Notes under the pieces: model-generated
Database searches by the model: none
Told to the model about the DNA's origin: nothing
The model's input: the letters and a program-made list of their open reading frames with translations, nothing else
In this document: one piece after another, positions 11,466 through 24,200 of the stretch
Position numbering within the stretch: position 1 is the first letter of the stretch
Layout: every line of letters starts with the position of its first letter
Assembly: GCA_964199315.1 (NCBI GenBank)
Contig: OZ116707.1
Span: forward strand, 6,510,001 to 6,574,000
Origin: Orbicella franksi
Taxonomy: Eukaryota
Direction of reading: 5' to 3'
DNA: 64,000 nt
Position numbers and translations under genes: made by a program

Positions 11466-13239
11466 TGATTACCTATAAAAACAAAAATTGAGGTGGGAAA
11501 CAACTGTGATAATTACCTAATCTTGTTAAATTTTCTCTTGTTGACCAGTGTCCTGCAAAAGGTGTAAGGAGAAAATAAAGGAGATTTTTATTTCTGGCCA
11601 GCAGAGAGCACATCAAATCAAAGTGGCTGTAAGCCACTGAACTTGGAAAATAAATTATGAAAGGGTTTTACAAGGTATTGCTCATTAACTAACTACTTGT
11701 GATATGAGGACAGGCTAGCTTTCGAACAAGCCCATAAAGCCTTTTTCTATTCAGGGACATGTGATATTTGCAAAAAGAAAAAGTTCAACGTAGAAACTGT
11801 TTGTTACTCAGGCCTGCCCACACATTTTACATATTACCTGTATCTGATGTACATGTCTTCCTTGTGCTGTAGTAAAAATTCTAATAATGATTTGATTTCT
11901 GCTGATCTCTTGAGTACGCGAGTCAGGTCTACAAGTCTGCACGGGATCCTTTCCTGAACATTGGTTAGTAATCAAACCTATTCTTCTGAAGTGGTATCCT
12001 TTCGGGGTCTAATGAAGCTCAAGCAATGTCCACATTAGTCTCCCTTGGGAGTTAAATTCAAATTTTCCGACAAGCATCCCTCACCTTTTCCTATGGGAGT
12101 TTCCCCTCAGATTCCCAAATGCCTAATGGGAAGTGACGGAGTGATGGAGTGAAATCTATTCACCACTACAACTTCGAAAATAATGAATATTTTCCGAGTT
12201 GAAAATGCAAAAGAGGTGTGAGAACTTACTAGCAAAGGCTAGTTTGATATAACTCCTGAGAAGAACACACATTTTCTGTATGGCCAAATGTTATAGCTTC
12301 CCTTTAGTCAAAGTGAAATGTGTTACCACTAATTCTTTTTTCAACCTTATTTCTACTGTTAACTTTATTGAATGGCCACATTTTTTTAAGGGGCTTAAAC
12401 AGGTTCACCATTAATGTACAATAAACTCTTTAGCATCAATTCATAGTTGAGGTTGGCAAGCTATACTTAAGTGGTGATGGTTCTTTTAGTTTGAATTATA
12501 AACAGCACTATGCTTGGTTACGGGAAATTATACTTAGTAAATATGGCAAAATGTTGATAGCAAATACAACATCAACCAATTGTCAAAATTGTCTATATTT
12601 ACTATATATAACTGACTTATTGCTGTGACAATTTTCTATCATAGCGGTTGAGAAGTATGGGAATGGCAGGGATGACCAAATCATTTTATTAGTGCCATCC
12701 ACCCAACAAACTCCAGTGTTTGTTGATTGCATTTAAGATATGTGGAATACTGTAGGTGACCTAATTGACGCTCCCAAGAAGGTGTTAAGTTTTTCTTAGA
12801 CACTCCCCTCTCATAAGTGCAAAGTGTGACTGTTAAAGCCCCCCCCCCTGCTAGAAATCATCCCCAGAACCATAGAAATGTTTCATAGGTTAAAATCAGG
12901 CAATTTTAAATTTTTAGTTTCTTACTTGCTTAGTTAGGAATACAGTTGGGTCTTGTTCAATCTCAAGTTCAAAGTACATATAGCGCTCTTTTATCTTCTT
13001 TATTTCTGTAATGCTCATTATGTCAGCAACTTTCTATCAGGTCCTAGCTCTCTATCACAGAGGAACGACGAGACCCACTTTACGGTTTTGTTTCCTGTTA
13101 CATAATAGGTATTGCTCGGACTGTTAGGACTGCGCATGTGCAGTGACATGTGTCATTTGGGTGTTCAGAATGTTCAGATTAAAGAAAGTTGAGTTGCGTT
13201 TCCTTGTGTCCTCGATAATTATTATCCGTTTACAACATC

Positions 13240-13257
13240 TGGCCACGAGGATGGGAT
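13240..13257 (+). promoter_or_regulatory. Primer-binding site, tRNA-Ser(GCT)-like
   Basis: tggccacgaggatgggat just after the 5' LTR; one mismatch to the complement of the tRNA-Ser(GCT) 3' end as recalled (TGGCGACGAGGATGGGAT). Confidence 0.75.
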
Positions 13258-13351
13258 ACTCCAGTGATATGTTGTTGTCTTCATGACGATTTTGAAAATT
13301 GCAAAGTTCTTCTGTGCGTTTCAGTTGTCCGTACACGTTGTTGCTTACGTT

Positions 13352-16300
13352 ATGGTTTTGCCGCTAGTTGGTTCCATTGGGGAGTTCAATACTTCTACAG
13401 AGACTTTTACGGCTTATCATGAACGACTTGAACAGTATTTCCTTGCAAATAGTATTGGCCTTTACTCTTCTGAGGCTTCTGAGGCGGTTAAAGCAGCTGC
13501 GAACAAGAAGGTTGCAGTGATGATTTCAGTTATCAGCAAGAAGACATATGGAACACTTCGAGATTTGTGCAGTCCAGAAAATCCAAAGGACAAGACATTC
13601 GAGCAGTTATGTGAATTCCTTGAGCGACATTTCAAACCTAAACGATTAGAAGTTGCAGAATCATACCGATTTCACCGTTGTTTTCAAGAGAATGAAACTG
13701 TTTCTGTGTACAGTGCTCGTTTACGACATCTTGCCTCCAGTTGTAATTTTGGTGAATTCTTAAATTGTTCCCTTCGCGACCAGTTTGTTTATGGGATTCG
13801 CAATCCACCCACTCGTAAAAAGCTTTGAAGTGAAGATCACACCTTCCAGCAAGCGATGCAAGTGGCAATTGCTGACGAGATAGCAGCAAAAGAATCCATG
13901 CAAGTGCAGCAGCAATTGTCTCATTCAGTAAATGCAGTCGCCAAGGACCCACCTGCCCTTCCTCCTTGCCGAAGTTCAAGTACACCTCCAGTCTTACCAC
14001 CACTTGGTCATCAAGGGTCATTTCCTAAATCGCCTCAACAGTCTACCTCCTACACTTGTTTCTCGTGTGGTAATTCTGACCATACTAGATCTAAATACAG
14101 ATTCAGGGATGCTGTATGTCACAACTGCAATGGAAGGGGACATATTGCTCGAGTTTGTAAGAAAAGTGGAATGAATGCCATGTGTGTTGAAGAAGAGTTT
14201 TCCGAAGAAGAGGCCCCTGAAGAAGAAGAGTTGTATGTTGTGTATGATGTTAATGCTATGTCCAAGTCTGAAATTTCTGTGCCATTGAAGATTGAGAACA
14301 ATGATTGTTTAATGCAGTTAGACACTGGGTGTGCTTTGTCTCTTGCACCACTTAGTTTCATAAAAGAAGTTTGTCCTGATGTTACTCTGAAACCAACCAA
14401 TGTGGTCTTGTCAACCTACACAGGTGAAACTGTGCATCCCTTAGGGGAAGCATTGGTGAATGTTGAGTATTCAGGATCACAGTACTCATTACCCTTGCTT
14501 ATTGTACGAGAAGGATCATGTGCTTTATTTGGTCGGAATTGGCTCATGGATGCCAATTTAGATTGGAAGAATCTGCCAGGATTGAATCACATTGGTCCCT
14601 TACCTTCACCTGCTTCCTCAGTGCCAGGTTCTACAGGTAACCAGACTTTGGTCTCTGTCCTTGAACAATACAGTGAATTATTTCAGCCCCAACTTGGATG
14701 CTACACGGGCACGCCCGTTATATTAAATGAAAGTAAAGAGGCTAAATTCCACACAGCTAGACCAGTTCCTTATGCCCTGCAGTCAAATGTGGAGAGAACA
14801 TTGCTTAAAACGGAAAAGGATGGAGTTATTGAAAGAGTAACTTCTGCTGTCAGTGCAGCCCCTATTGTGGTGGTGGGAAAGAAAGAAAGGAATGAAGTGC
14901 GTGTATGTGGAGATTTTAGTGTAACCTACAATGCATGTGCTAATGTAGAAACCTATCCTATGCCTCAGATCGAGGACATGCATTCAGCCTTGAGGGGATG
15001 CACCCTGTTTAGTGTCTTGGATATGAAACAAGCTTACCACCAGATACCCATTGCAAAGGAATCACAGCCTTATCTCACTATCAATACTCACATTGGGCCA
15101 TTTGCATTTAAGAGGTTGCCAAATGGTATACATCCAGGTCCAGCCATTTTTCAGAGAATTATGGACAAATTATTGTCTGACATTCCGAAGGCAGTCAGTC
15201 GACTCGATGACATTCTGGTTGCAGGAACTGATCAAGAAGATCATCTCCACACTCTTTCCTTGGTTTTGGATTGACTTCTAAATGCTGGCTTCCGACTGAA
15301 CAAGGCAGAGTGCAAATTCCTTCAGCCATCAGTGGTTTATCTTGGTCACAAGATAGATGGTGAGGGCTTACATCCCACTGAAGATAAACTTACAGCCATT
15401 CGTGATGCCCCAAGACCTAAAGATGTTGCTGCCTTGAAGTCCTTTCTGGGACTTATAATGTTCTATTCACGATTCATGCCACATCACTCTACAGTCCTGG
15501 CACCCTTACACAGCCTATTGAAGAAGAATACACCCTGCAAATGGTCTAAAGTTGAAGAAGATACATTTGTTGCCACTAAGCAGCTGTTACTTAGCTCAAA
15601 AACTTTAGTACATTATGATGAAACACTTCCCCTTTTTCTGTCATGTGATGCTTCATCGTATGGTGCTGGAGCAGTTCTGTCTCATCGTATAGATGGACAA
15701 TTTTGGCCTGTTGTCTTCGCCTCTTGTACCCCGACACAAGCCCGACAAAACTACTCCCAGTTAGAAAAGGAGGCATTCAGCATCATTTTTGGATTAAAGC
15801 GATTTCGTCAGTACTTGTACGGTCGCTCCTTCACACTTTTAACAGATCATCGCCCTCTGCTCACCCTCTTCGGACCACAGCAGCCAGTTCCTGCTCATGC
15901 AGCAGCTCGACTTCAAAGATGGGCCCTTATCCTGGCATCGTACAATTACAAAATTGAGTACCGCAGCACTACAGCACATGCTGATGCAGACAGCATGTCA
16001 CGTCTTCCTTTGCCACAAACGTGGTCACCCAAATGTGAAAATATCGAGTGCTTCTTCTTAGAACCTGAAGTTGTAACCAATGTGACCAGTCAGATGATCA
16101 AAAGAGAAACCCAGGTTGACCCCATCTTATCCAAAGTGTACAGTTATGTCATCAGTGGATGGCCAAGTGTTGTTGATCCCACAGTAGTACCATTTAAGAA
16201 TAAACGAGATGAACTGACAACCCAACAAGGCTGTGTGTTGTGGGGTACTTGGGTTGTTGTACCACCTTCCCTTCAAGAGAAAGTATTGCATGAACTTCAT

Positions 16301-17558
16301 GAAACCCATCCAGGAATTTCTAGAATGAAAGCGCTATCAAGGTCATATGTATGGCAGCCCAATATTGATGCTCACATTGAAAGAACTGTTTCTTCATGCA
16401 GTACTTGTCAAACTATGAGATCTGCACCTCCTACTGCTCAAATTCATCCATGGGTTTTTCCAGCACAGGCTTGGTCTTGCATTCATGTGGACCATGCAGG
16501 ACTGACCTCTGGACAAATGTATATGGTTGTTGATGCATACAGCAAATTCCCAGAGGTGGTCAAAATGACAAATATTACTGCTGGAACAACTATCACTGCA
16601 TAGCGTGACACATTCAGCAGGCACGGATTGCCTGAAATTCTTGTTTCTGATAATGGTTCCCAGTTCACTTCGAAAGAATTTGAAAAGTTTTGTGTCAACA
16701 ATGGAATTTTACATTGTACTACAGCAGCATACAAGCCATCCACCAGTGGTCAGGCAGAACGCGTTGTCCAGATTTTGAAATCAGCAATCAAACAAGCCCA
16801 GCTTACCCACACTGATGTGTCTGCTCAAATCACTAAGTACTTACTAGTTTATTGAAACACCCCCCATTCCACTACAGGCGAACCTCCCTCTAATGCTTAA
16901 GGACAGGAGATTGCGCACTCACCTCAATTTACTGATTCCTGCAGTTGCAAAGCATGTCGAAGCTCGACAGTACAGTACGATGGTTCGTCCCGCTGCACAC
17001 AGAGGTCTACGCCAGTTTCATGCAGGTGATCCAGTACTGGCCAGAAACTATGGGAAGGGGGGAAAGTGGATGCCTGGGGTCATCACTGAGGTACTTGGTT
17101 CTCGACACTATATGGTTGAAGTGTCAGGCAATCTGTGGAAACGACATGTGGACCAACTTCTGAGCTGAGCTGTCAATGATGACCACTTAAACAGCCCATC
17201 ATCAATTGAAGATCATTCTATGCCACTTCAACTGGCTCGCCCAGCAGACTTTTCTGATGAAGTTGCCCCACTTACCTCAGGCTCTCATACAGCCACAGCG
17301 AATGAGTCGCAGTTGACCAGTACTAGTGAACGTTTTGAAAGTCCTTTACCTATAGTTGCCTGTTCTGTTACAGACAATGACAATGTTACTGGAGTTCCTC
17401 CTGTTTTGCTGTCAGAAACTCCTGATACAAGGTCTATGTTAGAGAAACCAAGTTACTCAGAAAAGGTTGCTACTCCCCCTTGTTCTGAAAGACGTTTCCC
17501 TGTTAGAGTAAATCGTGGACTGCCAAGTCACTTGAGAGACTATGAGTTAAAGTGCTGA
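13352..17558 (+). pseudogene. gag-pro-RT-RNaseH-integrase polyprotein with 5 premature stops and a frameshift
   Basis: Two CCHC-like knuckles, protease LDTG, RT RLDD, RNaseH CDASSYG, integrase HHCC and D..D..E. Segments 13283, 13856, 15332 and 16628 share one frame; stops at 13826, 15272, 16601, 16853, 17166. Confidence 0.93.
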
Positions 17559-17838
17559 CATTGCTTAACTGTTGTTATAGAAAGAAACTGTTTCATTTAA
17601 AGGGGGAGATGTTACATAATAGGTATTGTTCGGATTGTTAGGACTGCGCATGTGCAGTGACACGTGTCATTCGGATGTTCAGAATGTTCAGATTAAAGAG
17701 AGTCGAGTTGCGTTTCCTTGTGTCCTCAATAATTATTATCCGTTTACAACATTTTCCACAAATTTTGACAGTGAGTTACACCTCTCTATTAAATCCCTCA
17801 TATCTCTTTAATGCCTTCCTATTATTGAGAATGGTTAA

Positions 17839-19254
17839 GGTGGTACCATACAAAAAAAATTGCATTTTTTCGTAAAAAATTGGGCAAAGTTTTTTTGTTC
17901 GATTTGACCTCTTTAGGCTTTTGTTTTTCTGCCTCTTAAGTCTTTTTGTCAATATTACTGTAGTATATAGTGATAAAAAGCAGTTTTCGAAGAGCTGTTG
18001 TTTCGTCACCATGGTAACGCACTTGTTGATGCGTCATTTTGGACCTCAAAATGGCCATATTTTGTGGGCAAAATAGCTTTTGGCATCAAAAAGTGATCTG
18101 CAGGGAGACTTGGGGTGAACATTAACTTTCAGCCTCGTTTTGATGCCATTTGGTAAACACACATCCATTTTGGAATCGCAAAGCTGTGAATTTCATGAGT
18201 GATCACAAGTTCAACTTGCAAAATGTCAAAATTTCTGTCTGAGACGTAAGAAGCAAAAATTCTATGGAAATCGGTTTAAACATAACCAAAGAGTTAACGT
18301 CAAAGAGCTAGAAGTCGTGGAAAGCACTTCGAGTGGATCAGTAGATGGTTTGTCACATGATGAAAAGAAAGCAAAGGAATCTTCGGCTTCGTACCGAAAG
18401 CTTCAATCAACTGCCCAAGAAGAGAAGCCTAAACCAAAGCTTGACGAAAGTCCAACAAAGAGAACCAGTCCAACTATTACAGGGTTTAGGTTCTGTGATA
18501 TGGAGGTGCTATTGTCTGTTTTTTCTCAGCTACGATGTGGCGAATGTGGCGATTTCAGTCTTCTGTTTACAGAAGATAATTTGAAGCGGAAGGGATGTGC
18601 CTCGACTTTGCGTTTGCTCTGCGAGCAGTGTGGTTGGAAACACTCTTTTTGCACATCAAAGAAGCAAGGAAAGAGCTTTGAAATAAACCGGCACCTTGTT
18701 TATGGCATGAGAACTCTTGGAAAGGGATATGCTGATGCAAGGAAATTCTGCACAGTTATGAATATGCCTCCACCTCCTACTGAGAAAGCGTTCCTCTCCA
18801 ACTCACGTGTAATCGGCCGTCACATCAAAGTTATCGTAAAGGAAACTATGAAGAAAGCAGGAGAAGTTTTTTCTCTTAAGAAGCAAAACAACTCATCTGG
18901 AGCTGAGCCTGTCAACTGTGGCGTTTCATGTGATGGCACATGGCAAAAGAGAGGCTACTCGTCACACAATGGTTGTGTCACAGTGATATCCATGGACACA
19001 GGAAAGGTCCTTGATGTGGAAGCCCTTAGCCAAGGATGTAAACAGTTTTATCCATGAACACCTGGATAAAACCTCTCTGGAATATCAGACATGGAAAGCT
19101 GATCACACTAAATGCAAGGCAAATTTCCAGGGATCTGCACCTGCTATGGAACCAGAGGGAGCAGACCGCATATTCCGAAGATCTGTTGAGCGGCACAATC
19201 TCAGGTACACTGAATTTTATGGGGATGGGGACAGTAAGAGTTACAAAGAGTTAC
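17839..19254 (+). mobile_element. Kolobok-type (Mutator-like DDE) DNA transposon, left end plus 3'-truncated transposase
   Basis: TTAA|GGTGGTACC terminus at 17835-17847. ORF 18317-19057 plus shifted 19011-19250 with CxxC motifs, CDGTWQKRGYSSHNG and YGDGDSKSY; ends abruptly. Confidence 0.75.
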
Positions 19255-19343
19255 TTCACACCCACCAGATGAATTCCTCTCTACATATGCAAGCCAGTTG
19301 GTCAGCAAGTATGATTTGAAATGCCTCTTAAATACCTTATTTC

Positions 19344-21129
19344 AGGTGCACAGCAGAATGAAGAGGATGACTGCCATCCCGTAAAAATGACTGACTTCAG
19401 AAACGAAGATGCACAACTGGTAGATGGCATCAATGCCCTTCAGTGTTTCAGGGATGAAGTTATAGAGGAGAATAATGTGCGGCAGCTGTTTCTGGTTTCG
19501 CGCATGGATGGCATCGAGGATGTTAAACGCAATATTTTAGTGAATTACAAATTAAAAACAGCGAATCTCAAGGCATGACCAAGGGTGAGATTCAAGGGAG
19601 AGGAGGGTGCCAGAAGTAGACCCCTGCAGGATTTCCTTCTTGGTGCCATGAAAATTTCAGACAAAGGGATTGCCAACACGTTCAAGCCTATAATTTTCTT
19701 CGAAGGCGACAAAGGTCACAGACTGCCTGTACATGACCAGTCACTAAGAGTGACAGGGGCATTCAAGGCAATCGGCAACATCATAGGGCACTGTGCCCTA
19801 CATGGTGGTCCAGCTTTGCACGGTCTTTCACCTGCCATCAAATATTATTTGGCAAACCCCTCTGCAGATTTGTGCAAAAATCGCCTGCCTATATGTCAAA
19901 GACATCCCAGACACAGATCTTAGGTGTTAATAAGTGAGGTTAGTCTGATATTAAATCAACTTAAATAATCTACCAACTCTTTCATTCTACTCACTCCTCC
20001 CCTCCCTCTCTATCACTCCCCCTTTCTCCTGAATAGCCAGTCTATCCATTGTACCCAATAATTTTGAATAAAAGTAAGTTTACTGCTGTAGTGAATTTGG
20101 AAAGCTCATTTTTACTTGGTACCTACCTACTCCTCTGTGTTTACGCCCAACTCGCACACCGTTAACAATAATCTTTACCAAGTAGACAGCTTTGTTCTTT
20201 TATTAAACCACAATTCAATTGGTCTCCCCTGTGTTTTACTTTCAGTTTGATTCCTTGGGAAGAGATGACTGGGAAACAAGCTCCGACGGAACATCCAACC
20301 GTACTTGAACAAAGCTGTCCTTGACATCGATAAACTGGATGAGGTGCCTAGATTAATAACCCAAGGACTCATGCTGTACAATGACATCTTTAAACGTAAG
20401 CTTCAGTTGGATGACATTTCCAAAGGTAAGAAATGACAATACCAATGACCACCACCAACAAGGAACATTCAAACATTTGAACACAACTTTTTCTTTTCCT
20501 TCACTAAGAATGAAGGAGGTTGATTTACAAACCCCTCTGGCTAAGTGGCCTTGCCTCGTGGATGAAAGAGGTGGTTCAAACAATACCAAGGTGGCTGAAT
20601 TCTTTATTAGATACATCGAGTTCATGGAATTAAGAAAAGAAGGTACTTCCCGGTTAATGTTAAAGGAGTGAATAAACACACAATCAACCACAGAACCAAA
20701 TGGGCACATGTAGAACAACTAACTGCTTTCAAGAAAACAGTGTCAATTTTGAATCTGAAAAGAAATTTAAAATGACATCCAACAAATGACCCTTTTCCTA
20801 CCAGGAATTCATTGTAAGGACTTGTAATAGTGTCTTTGAAAACTGTGTTCTGAACAAACTTTCTTTGCATTAAAAAAAAAATTTGCTATTGATATACTTC
20901 AGATGGCACAGACCTTGTTGACCTATGTAGTTTCTGGACAGGTACTAACATCCTGCCAACAAGATACACTGACCTGTTGGTAAAATTCAACAATAACATC
21001 AACCTCCCAATAGCGGAAACATGTTTCCTCAGTCTTACAATCCCAACAAAATACCATTCTCTCAAAGATTTTCAGAAATTTTTCGACATCGCTGTTAAAT
21101 ATGGAGCACAAGAATTTAGGTTCACATGA
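19344..21129 (+). pseudogene. Intron-containing HECT-domain E3 ubiquitin ligase (G2E3-like), disrupted
   Basis: VRFKGEEG...FFEGDKGHRLPVHD...GAFKAIGNIIGHCALHGGP (19585-19860); LMLYNDIFKRKLQLDDISKG exon (~20245-20425); C-lobe FWTGTNILP...LPIAETCFLSLTIP...YGAQEFRFT* ending 21129 with the catalytic Cys motif. Stop at 19576. Confidence 0.8.
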
Positions 21130-21152
21130 CACGAATCACACAAGTCAGTTTA

Positions 21153-21229
21153 CAAGCTTCCATGTATGGAATTCTTTAGCACCTACAGGTGCAAGCTTCC
21201 ATGTATGGAATTCTTTAGCACCTACAGGT
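21153..21229 (+). repeat. Perfect 39-bp-period tandem duplication
   Basis: caagcttccatgtatggaattctttagcacctacaggt at 21153 and 21192. Confidence 0.95.
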
Positions 21230-21626
21230 ACAGCTCTTTCAAGGACACGATTGTGTTGCCATGGCAATACACAAAGAAGTCAATCGGGCTGATAATTCAC
21301 CCTTAAGCTACTTGGTGAAAGACTTAACTTCCTAACAAATTTTCCTTGCTTTTCACATGTGATTCTGTTTGATGAAAAATGCCACAAATGTTAGCTGTGA
21401 TAGAATGCCCAATTAAGGAAAGTCTAAATAGTTCTTGGCCATCTTAATTCAGTAATAGACAAAACCTGTGTTAGTAGAAAAATGCAGATTAAAGTTTCCA
21501 AATCTGTTTTCTGTTTATCACAAGATTATCAAGTTGTGTTAACAATACCAATGCTAGTGAGAGCCCTTAATTAAGTGTGGATTAAATTGTTTGCAACAAG
21601 TTGGGGGGTAACAAGGGAAAGGATAA

Positions 21627-21789
21627 TAGGGTCATTTATATGAGAAAAAATAAGCTGTGGCTTATGTTATCCACAGCTTATGTAAGACTTGAACTGGATA
21701 AAACATATTGTTTATACAGTAAGTTCGGGGCATAAGTAAGCCGTAGCTTGTGTAATCCACGGCTCATTTTCCTCATATAGATGGTCCTA
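21627..21789. mobile_element. Small MITE-like element with terminal inverted repeats
   Basis: tagggtcatttatatgagaaaaaataagc versus the reverse complement of ggctcattttcctcatatagatggtccta. Confidence 0.6.
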
Positions 21790-21859
21790 ATTATTTAAGT
21801 TACTACTTGGTACTAAGAGGTATAAGTATTGAATTTGACAAGTAACTGAAACATGTATT

Positions 21860-22089
21860 CCAAACTGAAAGTTATGGTATTGTTTCCTTTCAGAAAATAC
21901 AAATATTTGCAAATTTTGAAAGATTTATGGTAAAAATGTGTAGTGCAGGCACCACAAATGAATTTCATCATTTTGGATTTAGCATCCCAGACCTCTCCAA
22001 CTCATAAAACAAATTGTAAAACAATGTTGTGCATCCATCAAAAATGTCTCTCCAAAGCCTCTCTATTTGTTGATGGTGTGTGCTTTTAC
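21860..22089 (-). pseudogene. Integrase-core exon of an IS3EU-type DNA transposase
   Basis: After acceptor ttcttgtag: GKSTHHQQIERLWRDIFDGCTTLFYNLFYELERSGMLNP (frameshift) NDEIHLWCLHYTFLP*. Not in the ORF track. Confidence 0.75.
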
Positions 22090-22361
22090 CTACAAGAACG
22101 TCACCAATTTATGATAGTAATCAACAGCAAGCATAATTTAAGACAAAGTTTCATAGTATCAATTCCTTTAATCAATAGCCCAATTTCAATATGTTTTAAC
22201 TGGGAGACTAGTGTCAAATTTTTTCCACCAAAGCGAGGCTCTGGGGAATACAGCGTGGGTTTTAAATCAAAACGAACAGAGCAAAGATCAAATCGAGCCA
22301 TGTGCTTTTGATATTTCAGTGTAATATTTTTGTCTTCTGTACTTTTCTACTTGGGATTGCA

Positions 22362-23000
22362 ATGGTTAAGTATTGTACTGTAGCTGTTTGTCGAAATGGC
22401 ACTCATAATAGACCTGACCTCACGTATTTTGCTTTTCTGAGGACAATGTTCGGCAAAGAAAGTGGGTCGTGTTCTGTAAACAAGAGCTGACAAAAAGTTT
22501 AAGAGCCTTGTCAATCCGAGGATCTGTTCCCTACATTTTAAGAAAACAGACGTGAATGTTTCTGTTTCTGGTCGTAAATCTGTTACTGGTTGCCCAACAA
22601 TATTTGACCCTATGAAGAGTGCAGAAAGAAAGCAAAGATACTTGAAGAAAAACTGGAAAACAAAAAATGACTCAAGAGTGCTTATCATTGAAGACATGCT
22701 GAGGGATGACGAATCTGTGAAATTTTACACAGGTTTGCCAAACCCGGCATGTTTCAATTTTACCTTGAATCTAATTCAACCATACACAGAAAAGATTAAA
22801 TATTGGGACAAGAAAAAAGAGGCCAAATCTCACTATCAGGGCGATGTGTCAAAACGAAAGCCTCGCAGGCAAAGGCAACTGACAGTGAAAGAAGAGTATC
22901 TTATTGTATTATGTAGACTGCATTTGGGTTTGCTGAACCAACACCTTGGAGACATCTTTGGTGTTTCCAAGTCTACCATTTGTAAGACTATCACATTTCC
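22362..23000 (+). pseudogene. THAP domain plus N-terminal part of a PIF/Harbinger-type transposase, truncated before the DDE core
   Basis: MVKYCTVAVCRNG...RICSLHF (THAP, frameshifted), VKFYTGLPN, QLTVKEEYLIVLCRLHLGLLNQHLGDIFGVSKSTICKTI (HTH). Confidence 0.8.
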
Positions 23001-24200
23001 TGCTGGTTGAGGCTATTCTGTAGTATTTGTTTGAAGTAGCCTGGATCTGGCGTCTTAGTGTGTTTGTATGTGATGCATGCCGTGGGAGATTCTTTGCCAA
23101 TTTCCGTGCCTTTGATGGATGTAAAATGAACTTTCTCTGACTACTGAGAAGACCATCCTCCATTCACTTCAATTAAGTCATAGTTGATGCGCAACTGCTT
23201 TATGAATTTACATTCCCTATCACCAAGGATTTCTACGAGCTTGTTCATATGCTTGATGATGGTGTCCTTAAACTGATCATTGCTTCCCAGCAGAGAACAG
23301 AATTTCTTCACCAAACAGCAGTGCTGATATGTGTATTCAGAATTCTTGACCCTCTTGAACATTTCACCACTGTGTAGTCCCTAGCCAATTTTGCCATGGC
23401 TCATTCTATGTCGCTTACTGCTACGACAATCAGCGATGTGAGGCCTTTTGGGATTTCTGAGGTTGAGTTGCATACTTCTATGCCAAACACATCAAATTAG
23501 AGGCTGGAACTGACAAGAGAGGGTATTAACTTGTCTCGCAGTTTTGCAGTGAACAAGCTACAGACAACTTGTAACCCGACAACATGCTTACTTGCATGAA
23601 GTGACTGCAAGGGCCCCTCTACCAGTTGATATTGTAGCAATTGAAGACTGTGGAAAAAAGACATGTCCACTTTTGTCTGCATAAAGTGGTTGTTGTGATC
23701 TTTTAGGGTGGTGCATAATGGTGCGCAGGAGTTTTTGGTTTCCTCTTTTACAGACTGACAGGACTTTCGCTATCACTTCCATGCCTGTTTCCAATAGGGT
23801 CAAATGCAAGGGTACCGTCAACACATGCATGCTGTTGGAGGACTGTACTGTGATCCAGTAAGTTATTGCTGGCCAATACTTTCCAGGCAATTAATCATTC
23901 TGGTCATCCTCTTGTTCTTGGCTGTTTGCCTTTTCTCCATTTTCTTTACTTTGTCTCTCTAGGGCAGTGACAGAGGAGAAGAAAAATGCTACTCCTTTCA
24001 TATTCTTAATCTTTTCGTCGCATTCGTCACACTTTGGCATATCTTTAGCCACAGATCGTCACAACACATTCCTTCATGTTTGCTGTACGATAATTTAGCT
24101 GATAGGAGCGAACAAGTTCCTTGGACAGCTGGTAAGACCTTGCTTAACAGGGCATGAAGAGGCAGAGGGTCGACTTCAGACACAACTTAAAGTGAGATTC
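22995..24200 (-). pseudogene. Long degraded intronless ORF of uncertain identity (possibly the N-terminal part of an SF3/D5-like helicase gene)
   Basis: Protein-like pieces in shifting frames (23998-24183, 23588-23890, 23497-23682, 23141-23362) and IGKESPTACITYKHTKTPDPGYFKQILQNSLNQQE. No Walker A present; the family link is from memory only. Confidence 0.3.

Larger units (their letters stand above)
13096..17751 (+). mobile_element. Ty3/Gypsy LTR retrotransposon (Mag-like, single gag-pol frame), full length but decayed
   Basis: 142-bp LTRs at 13096-13237 and 17610-17751 (TG..CA, 8 differences); PBS, PPT aagggggaga 17599-17609; imperfect TSD tttcc / t-tttcc. Confidence 0.97.
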
